DNA of 32,000 bases, taken from assembly GCA_003194425.1 (NCBI GenBank), contig PQXB01000001.1, positions 1 to 32,000 of the forward strand, given 5' to 3'. The position numbers and the translations under genes were made by a program. This DNA comes from Candidatus Methanophagaceae archaeon (GTDB taxonomy: Archaea; Halobacteriota; Syntropharchaeia; Alkanophagales; Methanospirareceae). The notes under the pieces were generated by a model, which did not search any database, was not told where the DNA came from, and saw only the letters and a program-made list of their open reading frames with translations. Of the stretch, positions 24,168-32,000 are shown one piece after another (within the stretch, counting starts at the first letter, position 1; every line of letters begins with the position of its first letter).

Positions 24168-27100
24168 ATGAGTGCTATGCCAGAGAAGACGAGAATGATG
24201 CAGCAGTACTACGAGGTAAAAAAGAAGCACCGCGACTGCATCGTGCTGTTTCGTGTCGGTGATTTTTACGAGACCTTTGGCGAGGACGCGAAGGTGGCGT
24301 CGAAGGTGCTGAACATTACTTTAACCGCAACTGGGCGGGGTAAAGGAGCAGCGAGGAGAATTCCAATGGCTGGCGTCCCTTTCCACGCCGTAACACCTTA
24401 CATCAAGCAACTCGTGAAGAAGGGCTACAAAGTCGCAATCTGCGAGCAAGTAGAGGGTAAGAAGAACGACAAAAAAGGGAAGAAGGTTGTGCAGCGGGAG
24501 GTCGTGCGTCTGATTACGCCGGGCACGGTGATCGAAGATTCTTTCCTGGAAGAACGGCTCAGCAACTACCTGATGTGCGTGAACATAATGGGTGAGAGAG
24601 AACCCAGGGTCGGAGTTGCGGTCGCTGACGTCTCGACAGGCGAGTTCTTGCTGACCGAGTTGGAAGACGACGCCTCCCACTCGTCGCTGCTAAACGAGGT
24701 GGAGCGGGTGAAGCCTGCGGAGATAATTCTGCCCGAGTCGCTTGAACTCGAACTTGGGCTGGACAGTAGCCAGTCTAGCTTGAAGAGGCAGGAGGGGTGC
24801 ACGGTCTCCCGCTACGACGACTACTACTTCGACTACAAGAACGCCTACACGACGCTGCTAAACCATTTTGGAGTAATTTCGTTGGACGGCTTCGGGTGCG
24901 GTGGCGGTGGCAGAGGCAGGGAGTTCAGAGCAGGAGTAACAGCCGCGGGTGCCGTGATTTCTTACCTACGCGAGACGCAGAAGAAGGTGCTCTCGCACAT
25001 TAAACCGCCCAAGACATTCTGGGTCTCGGATTTTATGATTTTAGACAGCGTTACTGTTCGCAACCTCGAAATCTTTAACAACATTCGCGACGGGACGCAA
25101 CGAGGGACGCTCGTTAGCGTGCTTGACAAGACGCTGACTGGAATGGGCTCACGGCGGTTGCGGAAGGCTCTGCAGTTCCCCCTGCTCGACACCCGCGAGA
25201 TAAAACGCAGGCAGGAGGTGGTGGGCGAGTTTTTTGCGGACATTCTGCTGCGGGAATCGTTAAAGGAGGTTCTCAAGGAGATTTACGACCTCGAGCGAAT
25301 TGTTAGCCGTGTCTCGTACGGAAATGCGAACGCACGGGACTTGGTCTCGCTGAAGCGGAGTTTAGAGCAGTTCTCGACGCTGCGGGAGGTCTTGAAGGGC
25401 TGCCGCTCGGAGAAGATAAAAGAGGGGTTGCGGACTTCTTTGAGGTCTTCTTCAAGCGACCTCGGCTTCGGTGAAATTGTGGATTTGGTGGAGCGGAGCA
25501 TCGTGGAGGAGCCGCCGGCGACGGTGAAGGAGGGAGGGTTGGTGAAGGCTGGGTTCAACGCCGAGTTGGACGAGTTGAGGAAAATAAAGAGCGAGGGGCG
25601 GAGGTGGTTGGCGGAGTTTGAGGGTCGCGAAAAGGCACGAACAGGAATAAAATCGCTTAAGGTCGGCTACAACAAGGTCTTTGGCTACTACCTCGAAGTG
25701 CGGAGGGCGTGGCTCGGGAAAAGGAAAGTGCCTGCCTCTTACACCAGGAAGCAGACGCTCACAGAGGCGGAGCGGTTCGTTACCGAGGAGTTGAAGAACT
25801 ACGAGGCGAAGGCGTTGAGCGCGGAGGAGCGGATAAAAGAGTTGGAGTACGAATTGTTCGAGCAGGTTAGGAAGGCGGTTGCGAAGCGGGCGAAGGAGAT
25901 TCAGGAGGCTGCGGATTTCATCGCCGAGTTGGACACGCTTCTGGCTTTTGCCGAGGTCGCTGCCGAGAACGGGTACTGCTGCCCTGAAGTGAGCGGTGAG
26001 GGAGGTGAAATCGTAGTGAAAGAGGGGAGGCACCCGGTAGTGGAGCGGGAGGTGAAGGAGGGCTTCGTGCCGAACGACGCTCGGCTCGACGAAAACAATC
26101 GGCTGATGATTCTCACGGGTCCAAATATGAGCGGGAAATGTATTGGTCCAGAAACACTGATTTTTACCGAGTGTGGTCTTCTGCCACTTTTGAAATTCAA
26201 ACCTGCGGGAATAAAGAAGGGAGAGTTCAAAGACCTCGAGGTGTGTCTGTGCGGAGAAGACGGAATTGAGCGAACCTCAAAATTTTACTACGACGGCAGG
26301 AGAAAGACCGTGAAAATAACGACACGGCTCGGATACACAATCGAAGGAACAGAGGAGCACAGAATTTTGGTGAGGGAAAAGGAGGAAAAAGGAAATCACT
26401 GGAAGCGACTGGGCGATTTGAAAACAGGCGAATACGCAGTTATAAATCGTGGGATGGATTTTTGGGGAACCGAGACCAAAATAGAGGCGAAGAGAATAAA
26501 AAGGCACTACCACTTTAATACGAAAAAATACAGAGTGCCGAGTGAGTTGGACGAGGACTTGGCTTACTTGCTCGGTCTGCTGATTGGCGACGGCACGCTG
26601 ACTTATAAAAATAGTTTTTCGTTGAGCACTGGAGACGAGTTCGTGGCACGAGAGTTCAGGCAGATAAACAAGAGGCTCTTCGGGAAGGAGGTAGGGCGTA
26701 AAAAGAACGGCAAGGACTACTTCGTCTCAAGCCTATTTTTGCGGGACTTTTTCTTTGACCTGGGCGTCGGCTACCAGGACGCGTGCCACAAGGAAGTTCC
26801 AGAGTGCATTCTCGCAGCACCAAAAGAGATTGTAAGGGCGTTCTTGCAGGGGCTCTTCGACACCGACGGCTACGCGGACGCGAAATACGGGAACGTGAGC
26901 GTCTCCAGTTCCTCAAAGAAGATCGCAGAGCAGTTGCACGTGCTGCTGCTGAATTTCGGGATAATTTCAAGCCTGCGGCGGAAGGAGACGAAGAGGAACG
27001 ATTCTTACACAGTTAGCATTTACGGCGAGAACAGTCTGCGGTTCTACGCCGCGGTAGGGTTCAGGTTGAGGCGGAAAGGGGACAGGGCGTTGTTGGGGAC

Positions 27101-28325
27101 CGATTTGAGAATGCCGAACGTTGATGTTGTTCCTCAAATTGAAGGGAGGTTGAAAAAAATAGAGAAGGAAATAGTGGCGAGGGGAAAGCAGGGTTTGGAG
27201 AGCAGATTGAGGTTAAAGCACAACAAAAGCAGGAGCGGGATATTTTATTCATATTTGAGGCAGGGCAGAAATTTGTCTTACTTCAAACTCAAGCAACTCC
27301 TCGACTACTGCGAGCGGTTAGGGGTTGAGTGCGGGGAATTGGAGGAGTTGAAGGGGCTGTTTCAGAGGAACTACTTTTACGACCGGGTGAAGAAAATAGA
27401 GGCGTCAGAATCGGATGTTTACGATTTCACAGTCCCCAAATCGCATTCTTTCGTTGGAAACGGGTTCTTGAACCACAATTCTACTTTTATGCGGCAGACC
27501 GCGTTGGTCGTGCTACTGGCACAGCTCGGCTCGTTCGTGCCTGCGAAGGAAGCGAGGGTGGGGGTGGTGGACAGGATTTTCACGCGGGTCGGGGCTTACG
27601 ACGACCTCTCGATGGGGCAGAGTTCGTTTATGGTCGAGATGAGCGAGACTGCGAATATTCTGAACAACGCGACCGAGCGGAGCCTGATAATTCTCGACGA
27701 AATCGGGCGCGGCACGAGCACACTCGACGGCGTCAGCATCGCGTGGGCGGTTGCAGAGTACGTTCACACCAGGCTGCGGGCGAAGACGATGTTTGCGACG
27801 CACTTCTACGAACTGACCGAGCTCGCTGACTCTGACAGACTTGTGGGGACGAAATGCTACAACGTCTCGATAAAAGAGGTCGGCGACGAGATATTTTTCG
27901 TCAGGAAAGTCGTGCAGGGCAGGGGCTCAAAGAGCTACGGGATTCAGGTCGCGAAGTTGGCGGGGCTGCCCGCGGAGGTGGTGGAGAATGCGAAAGGTAT
28001 TTTGAAGAGGTTGGAGAGTGGGGCAGGGAAGGGAGGACGGAAAAAGGAAGGAGCGGTGGTGGAGGGAGAAAAGGAGGAGGAAGAAAAGGAGGAGGAAGAA
28101 AAGGAGGAGGAAGAAGAGGAAGAGGGAGAAGAGGAAGAGGGAGAAGAGGAAGAGGAGGGGGGAGAAGAGGAGGAGGGAGAAGAGGAAGAGGAGGCGAAGG
28201 CGACGAAGGAACGCGTTGTGCAGGAGCACCCTGTGGTTGCAGAGTTGAAGTCGTTAAATTTGGAGAGGGTTTCGCCGATCGAGGCGTTGAACAAGTTGTA
28301 CGAGATGAAGAGGAGGTTGCGTTGA
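24168..28325 (+). CDS. mutS: DNA mismatch repair protein MutS (bacterial MutS1 type), intein-containing precursor
   Basis: 1385 aa. The N-terminal mismatch-binding domain has MMQQYYEVKKKH...GDFYETFGEDA. The Walker A motif is GPNMSGK / STFMRQ, interrupted by the intein. SSFMVEMSETANIL, LIILDEIGRGTSTLDG, ATHFYELT and SYGIQVAKLAGLP are present. The C-terminal helix is SPIEALNKLYEMK. Confidence 0.9.
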   Translation: MSAMPEKTRMMQQYYEVKKKHRDCIVLFRVGDFYETFGEDAKVASKVLNITLTATGRGKGAARRIPMAGVPFHAVTPYIKQLVKKGYKVAICEQVEGKKNDKKGKKVVQREVVRLITPGTVIEDSFLEERLSNYLMCVNIMGEREPRVGVAVADVSTGEFLLTELEDDASHSSLLNEVERVKPAEIILPESLELELGLDSSQSSLKRQEGCTVSRYDDYYFDYKNAYTTLLNHFGVISLDGFGCGGGGRGREFRAGVTAAGAVISYLRETQKKVLSHIKPPKTFWVSDFMILDSVTVRNLEIFNNIRDGTQRGTLVSVLDKTLTGMGSRRLRKALQFPLLDTREIKRRQEVVGEFFADILLRESLKEVLKEIYDLERIVSRVSYGNANARDLVSLKRSLEQFSTLREVLKGCRSEKIKEGLRTSLRSSSSDLGFGEIVDLVERSIVEEPPATVKEGGLVKAGFNAELDELRKIKSEGRRWLAEFEGREKARTGIKSLKVGYNKVFGYYLEVRRAWLGKRKVPASYTRKQTLTEAERFVTEELKNYEAKALSAEERIKELEYELFEQVRKAVAKRAKEIQEAADFIAELDTLLAFAEVAAENGYCCPEVSGEGGEIVVKEGRHPVVEREVKEGFVPNDARLDENNRLMILTGPNMSGKCIGPETLIFTECGLLPLLKFKPAGIKKGEFKDLEVCLCGEDGIERTSKFYYDGRRKTVKITTRLGYTIEGTEEHRILVREKEEKGNHWKRLGDLKTGEYAVINRGMDFWGTETKIEAKRIKRHYHFNTKKYRVPSELDEDLAYLLGLLIGDGTLTYKNSFSLSTGDEFVAREFRQINKRLFGKEVGRKKNGKDYFVSSLFLRDFFFDLGVGYQDACHKEVPECILAAPKEIVRAFLQGLFDTDGYADAKYGNVSVSSSSKKIAEQLHVLLLNFGIISSLRRKETKRNDSYTVSIYGENSLRFYAAVGFRLRRKGDRALLGTDLRMPNVDVVPQIEGRLKKIEKEIVARGKQGLESRLRLKHNKSRSGIFYSYLRQGRNLSYFKLKQLLDYCERLGVECGELEELKGLFQRNYFYDRVKKIEASESDVYDFTVPKSHSFVGNGFLNHNSTFMRQTALVVLLAQLGSFVPAKEARVGVVDRIFTRVGAYDDLSMGQSSFMVEMSETANILNNATERSLIILDEIGRGTSTLDGVSIAWAVAEYVHTRLRAKTMFATHFYELTELADSDRLVGTKCYNVSIKEVGDEIFFVRKVVQGRGSKSYGIQVAKLAGLPAEVVENAKGILKRLESGAGKGGRKKEGAVVEGEKEEEEKEEEEKEEEEEEEGEEEEGEEEEEGGEEEEGEEEEEAKATKERVVQEHPVVAELKSLNLERVSPIEALNKLYEMKRRLR
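26139..27479 (+). mobile_element. Class 1 intein with LAGLIDADG homing endonuclease domain (447 codons) in the MutS P-loop
   Basis: It starts at Cys (tgt, 26139) right after GPNMSGK and ends ...FVGNGFLNHN (aat, 27477-27479), followed by Ser+1 (STFMRQ). Block B is GYTIEGTEEHRILV. The LAGLIDADG motifs are LAYLLGLLIGDGTL and FLQGLFDTDGYAD. Sampled intein lines have 24-28 G+C per 60 nt against 39-40 in flanking mutS lines. Confidence 0.9.
28061..28194. repeat. 134-nt uninterrupted homopurine tract near the mutS 3' end encoding a poly-Glu/Lys/Gly linker
   Basis: There is no c or t from 28061 to 28194. It encodes EKEEEEKEEEEKEEEEEEEGEEEEGEEEEEGGEEEEGEEEEE. Internal 15-nt (aaggaggaggaagaa) and 18-nt periodicities are visible. 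Confidence 0.9.
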
Positions 28326-28345
28326 GGTTGAGAAGAGGGAGGAAG

Positions 28346-28358
28346 TTTTTATAAAATA
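28346..28358 (+). promoter_or_regulatory. TATA-like box upstream of the aminotransferase gene
   Basis: tttttataaaata is only about 10 nt from the first ATG (28365) but about 35 nt from the second in-frame ATG (28389). This favours 28389 as the start. Confidence 0.3.
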
Positions 28359-28388
28359 GAAGTTATGCGAAGTTTAGAGAATACGAAA

Positions 28389-29570
28389 ATGTATGCCGAG
28401 AAGATAAGTTCGCTGCCGCCGTATCTTTTTGCGGAGATTGACGAGCGGAAGAGGGAAGCAGAGAGGCGAGGGGCGGAGATAATAGACTTGGGAATTGGCG
28501 ACCCGGACTTGCCGACGCCACCGCACGTGGTGGAAGCGGTCTGCCGCGCTGCGAAAGACCCCGGGAACCACAGGTACCCGTCTTACGACGGAATGCTCGC
28601 TTTTCGTGAGGCGGTGGCTGCGTGGTACAAGCGGAGGAAAAAGGTGCGTTTGGATTTGAACGCCGAAGACGAGGTTCTGACTTTAATCGGGTCGAAGGAG
28701 GGGTTGGCACACTCGGCGCTCGCTTTCTTGAACCCCGGTGACCTTGCTCTCGTGCCTGACCCCGCTTACCCGGTTTACAAAAATGCGACGGTTTTGGCGG
28801 GCGGCGTTCCGCATTCGGTGCCGCTGTTGGCGGAGAGCGGGTTTAAGCCTGACTTGTGGGGCATTGACGAGGCGGTGGCGAGGCGAGCGAAGGTCCTGTT
28901 CTTGAACTACCCAAACAACCCCACCGCGGCGACGGTCGAGAGAGGGTTCTTCAAGGAGGTCGTGGATTTCGCGAGTGAGCACGAGATTCTCGTTCTTCAC
29001 GACAACCCCTACTCGGAGCTGACTTTCGACGGCTACGAGGCGCCGAGTTTCTTGGCAGCCGCGGGAGGTGGTGCGAAGGAGGTGGGAGTCGAGTTCGGCT
29101 CACTCTCGAAGACCTACAATATGACGGGCTGGCGAATTGGGTTCGCAGTCGGGAACTCCGAGATTCTGCGGGGTCTTCGGCTTGTGAAGACGAACGTGGA
29201 TTCAGGTGCTTTTCAAGCGGTTCAGGTAGCGGGGATTACGGCACTTACGGGCTCGCAAGAGTGCGTGAAGGAGAATGTGCGGGTTTACAGGGAGCGGCGG
29301 GAGATTTTGGTCGAGGGCTTGAGGTCTGCGGGGCTGTGGGAGGGGAAGGAAGTGAAGAAGCCGAGAGCGACCTTCTACCTCTGGGTCCCAGTTCCCTCGG
29401 GCTACTCCTCAATTCAGTTCTCGATGTTTTTGCTGGAGCAGGCGGGGGTAGTAGTAACGCCTGGTGTGGGCTTCGGCGAGAACGGCGAGGGCTTCGTTCG
29501 GTTCTCGCTCTGCACGAGTGCGGAACGGCTGCGAGAGGCGTGTGAAAGGCTGCGGGGGTTGAAACTGTAA
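28389..29570 (+). CDS. dapL: PLP-dependent class I aminotransferase, LL-diaminopimelate aminotransferase-like
   Basis: MYAEKISSLPPYLFAEIDERKREAERRGAEIIDLGIGDPDLPTPPHVV, NHRYPSYDGMLAFREAVAAWY and the PLP-lysine motif GSLSKTYNMTGWRIG are present. The ORF is open from 28365. Confidence 0.8.
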   Translation: MYAEKISSLPPYLFAEIDERKREAERRGAEIIDLGIGDPDLPTPPHVVEAVCRAAKDPGNHRYPSYDGMLAFREAVAAWYKRRKKVRLDLNAEDEVLTLIGSKEGLAHSALAFLNPGDLALVPDPAYPVYKNATVLAGGVPHSVPLLAESGFKPDLWGIDEAVARRAKVLFLNYPNNPTAATVERGFFKEVVDFASEHEILVLHDNPYSELTFDGYEAPSFLAAAGGGAKEVGVEFGSLSKTYNMTGWRIGFAVGNSEILRGLRLVKTNVDSGAFQAVQVAGITALTGSQECVKENVRVYRERREILVEGLRSAGLWEGKEVKKPRATFYLWVPVPSGYSSIQFSMFLLEQAGVVVTPGVGFGENGEGFVRFSLCTSAERLREACERLRGLKL

Positions 29571-29844
29571 AGAAAGCTCTAACCCTTCTTTCCCTCAATT
29601 TATTATCTGGCAGAGAATCAGGTCGTCAGGTCGTCCCCTTCTAATTCGGCAACAACCAGAGCAGGGCACAGAGCAGGACGCCTCTTGGCACGGGTTAAAT
29701 CCGAAAATGAAACAAACTGTATAAAATCCAGAAACTCCGCGAGATATTGTTCAGAAATCCTCTCGGTGTCTTTGTGTCGGTTTTAAATTCTGCAACGCAA
29801 CTACGAAAAAACCGAAAAGCATTTTAGGAAGGATGTAGGATATT

Positions 29845-29854
29845 CTTTTAAAGA
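29845..29854 (+). promoter_or_regulatory. TATA-like box upstream of the Nox/CoADR gene
   Basis: cttttaaaga is centred about 25 nt upstream of the ATG at 29875. Confidence 0.3.
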
Positions 29855-29874
29855 TTTCGAGAGGGGGAAAAGAG

Positions 29875-31305
29875 ATGGCGAAAAAAGTTGTAATAGTTGG
29901 AGGAGGCATTGCGGGGATTTATGTGCTGAGGAACTTGCTTGCGAGGAAGGGCGATCTCGGAGCAGGAGAGGAGTTGGAGTTCACGGTCTTGAAGCGAGAG
30001 AAGAGCGGTTGGGTCTCAGTTTGCGGGCTGCCGTTTGCTTTGCGCGGGTGGTACGAGATTGGGCGGACGGAAATAAACAAGCCTGAGTTCTTCCGCGAGC
30101 AGGGCGTTGATTTCAGGACAGAGACAGAAGTGACAAAGCTGAATTTGGAGGAAGGAGAGGGCAGCGTGACACTCAACACTGGCGAAGAGATAAAATATGA
30201 TTTCCTCGTGCTGGCGACGGGGCGAAAGCAGTCCGTGAAAGAGACGGAACTCGACGGTGTTTTCACTTTTAACAACGAGGAGGACGCGGAAAAGATAGAA
30301 GCGGCACTGAACGAGGAGGGAGTGAAAAGCGCTTACATTCGCGGTCGTGGTATTTTGGGACTGCAAGCGGCAGCCGCTTTCGCAACGCGGGGGTTGAAGA
30401 CAACACTTCACGGCGGCGCTCCTTCGTTGCTGCCTTCCAACTTAGACCCCGAAATGGGCGACTTGGTAAAAGAGCGGTTGGAGAAGGAGGGGATAAGATT
30501 TATTCTCGACGCACGAGAAATTACAGCGATAAAAAGTGAAGGGCGAGAGGGCAGAGTGAAGACGGTCGTGATCGGGGAAAAGAAAAATGGAAAGGAGAAG
30601 GGGAGAGAGGAGATTCCTGCGGATATTGTTATAATCGGGAAATGGATGCTTCCTGAGGTAGACCTCGCAAAAGCAGCGGGAGTGGAGATTGGAGAAAGCG
30701 GCGGAATTGTTACGGACAGGGGAATGCACATTAAAAAAGGGCGAGGGCATCTAACCAATGTCTACGCAGTCGGCGACTGCACGGAAGTCGTAGACGCCGT
30801 CACGCACCGACCGCGACTGAACCAACTCGCTTCTACCGCGGTCACTCAAGCCACGGTCATTTCTGACAACATTCTGAGCGAGATTAGCGGGCTGCCAAGC
30901 CTCTACTCGCCTTGCGAGTACTGTTTCGGTCCGACAGTAGCGGATGTCGGAGGCGTCTTGATCGGCTCGGTCGGCGTTACAACCGAAGCAGCGGCACGGG
31001 CAGGCATAAAAACAATTAGCGGGAAGGCGACGAAACTCACGAAGGCACGCTACTTCCCCGGGGCGACTCCACTCACCCTGAAATTGATTTTTGAGGCGTA
31101 CACCAAGAAATTAATCGGGGCGCAAATGGTCGGCGAAGCCACTGTCGCGGAGCGTGTAAACGAGTTAGGACTCGCTGTTCGTGCAGGAGTTACCGCAGAG
31201 GAGATGAGAAGTATGGAGCGGTGCTACGACCCTTCGCAGGCGCTGTTGGTTGATGTGACGGTAGACGCTGCGACCGCGGCTTTGGGAATTACGCCAGTGT
31301 ACTAA
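29875..31305 (+). CDS. FAD-dependent pyridine nucleotide-disulfide oxidoreductase, NADH oxidase / CoA-disulfide reductase family
   Basis: 476 aa. The FAD motif is KVVIVGGGIAGI and the single redox cysteine is in WVSVCGLPF. A second dinucleotide fold (IRGRGILGLQAA), YAVGDC and a C-terminal dimerisation domain are present. Confidence 0.8.
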   Translation: MAKKVVIVGGGIAGIYVLRNLLARKGDLGAGEELEFTVLKREKSGWVSVCGLPFALRGWYEIGRTEINKPEFFREQGVDFRTETEVTKLNLEEGEGSVTLNTGEEIKYDFLVLATGRKQSVKETELDGVFTFNNEEDAEKIEAALNEEGVKSAYIRGRGILGLQAAAAFATRGLKTTLHGGAPSLLPSNLDPEMGDLVKERLEKEGIRFILDAREITAIKSEGREGRVKTVVIGEKKNGKEKGREEIPADIVIIGKWMLPEVDLAKAAGVEIGESGGIVTDRGMHIKKGRGHLTNVYAVGDCTEVVDAVTHRPRLNQLASTAVTQATVISDNILSEISGLPSLYSPCEYCFGPTVADVGGVLIGSVGVTTEAAARAGIKTISGKATKLTKARYFPGATPLTLKLIFEAYTKKLIGAQMVGEATVAERVNELGLAVRAGVTAEEMRSMERCYDPSQALLVDVTVDAATAALGITPVY

Positions 31306-31340
31306 CCTAACCCTGGCCCTCCCTTCTCCCTTTTTATTTT

Positions 31341-31778
31341 TTAAAACAAATCAAATGGTTTTTTTACTGGAACAAACGCTTTTAACCTCGTAAAATGCCG
31401 GTCATCACATAAAAAAACATCAATCTTCTCTCTCTTGTTTAACCACTCGAAAGTAGCGAGGTGAAAAGCGTCCGCAGCGTAAAGGTTCGTCTCTTTGATT
31501 AACCTTTCTGCAATCGGGACCAGCTCATCACGAAGCGAAACAAAATTTATCCTGTGCAACCTCAAATCCTCAATATCTATCGTTATAATCTCTTTTGGCT
31601 TTTTGTCCTTCTTCAACGCCCGTGCAATCTCAAGAAAAGCCCATTTTGACGAGTAACCCTGCCACTCTCCTTTATCAACTTTTTGGATTATTCTGTCCAT
31701 CACGGCACTGTCCTCCTCCTTTTTATACAGTTTCACGAGCACACTGGAATCGAAATAAAGCCGCAAAGAAAGCCTCAA
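31341..31778 (-). CDS. vapC: PIN-domain ribonuclease toxin VapC
   Basis: 145 aa. YFDSSVLVKLY carries the first acidic residue, and DAFHLATF and FLCDDRHF are present. Its TTG start overlaps the upstream antitoxin stop (TTGA). Confidence 0.7.
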   Translation of the reverse strand: MRLSLRLYFDSSVLVKLYKKEEDSAVMDRIIQKVDKGEWQGYSSKWAFLEIARALKKDKKPKEIITIDIEDLRLHRINFVSLRDELVPIAERLIKETNLYAADAFHLATFEWLNKREKIDVFLCDDRHFTRLKAFVPVKKPFDLF

Positions 31779-32000
31779 AGCTCGTCCTCCTCCCTAACCT
31801 CCTCTATTAACTCGCCTGCACTCTTCCCAGACGACCCAAATACCTCGTTTAATGCCCGCAATATTTTGAGTCTTGAGACGGTTTCAGTGCTCATCAGCCC
31901 GAGATAAAGCCTTACTGCTTCCCTCACAAGTTCGCTCTTATCCCGAAGCCCGAGTTCTTTTCTCGTCTTTTCCACTGCGTACAATTCCTTCTCCGAGAAT
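31775..32000 (-). CDS. vapB: Ribbon-helix-helix (CopG/VapB-like) antitoxin, probably 5'-truncated by the window edge
   Basis: The frame is open to the window edge: ..FSEKELYAVEKTRKELGLRDKSELVREAVRLYLG... The SELVREAVRLYL segment is typical of an RHH antitoxin. The tail is acidic. Confidence 0.55.
   Translation of the reverse strand, partial: FSEKELYAVEKTRKELGLRDKSELVREAVRLYLGLMSTETVSRLKILRALNEVFGSSGKSAGELIEEVREEDEL

Noticed and set aside
29590-29790. Minus-strand frame NRHKDTERISEQYLAEFLDFIQFVSFSDLTRAKRRPALCPALVVAELEGDDLTT*, faintly reminiscent of an integrase N-terminal SAM-like domain. Short direct repeats (caggtcgt x2 at 29619-29634) are also present.
   Set aside because: There is no start codon, only about 54 codons, no catalytic domain downstream, and the similarity is too vague to call a mobile-element remnant.

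Overview
Archaeal, probably euryarchaeal, chromosomal segment. The assignment rests on eS4/uL5, RadB, a tungsten-type aldehyde:ferredoxin oxidoreductase, a COG1395-type regulator and a PGF-CTERM tail. Coding DNA is about 60% GC on sampled lines and the spacers are AT-rich. All calls come from reading the sequence and the ORF translations; no searches were run.

Content, left to right:
- nadA 5' end
- a decayed and rearranged Opp/Dpp-type ABC peptide transporter locus: a PGF-CTERM tail remnant, a chimeric out-of-frame permease, a substrate-binding-protein (SBP) C-terminal fragment, then intact B-C-D genes and a C-terminally truncated F gene
- a roughly 650-nt stretch of gene fragments
- a UbiD-family decarboxylase
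- a type II restriction-modification pair
- a same-strand housekeeping array: AOR, an Mth938-like protein, purE, an HTH regulator and proC
- ilvC
- an orphan eS4-uL5 ribosomal protein pair
- radB
- an MgtE-like transporter
- chorismate mutase
- a GNAT acetyltransferase
- a small SxtJ-like membrane protein
- fused carB
- a bacterial-type mutS
- a DapL-like aminotransferase
- an Nox/CoADR-type flavoprotein
- a vapBC pair at the right edge

Two things stand out.
1. mutS is split in its Walker A P-loop by a complete 447-codon LAGLIDADG intein (26139-27479) whose GC content is clearly lower than that of the host gene.
2. Conserved housekeeping genes (carB, radB, proC, AOR, the HTH regulator, UbiD, mutS, eS4) carry in-frame, often perfectly identical tandem minisatellites and long tracts that are purine-rich on the sense strand. 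Examples are 5x18 nt and 4x21 nt in carB, a 117-nt homopyrimidine run in radB and a 134-nt homopurine run in mutS. This points to very active, recent slippage or duplication filtered only by reading-frame selection.

No rRNA, tRNA or CRISPR array was found.
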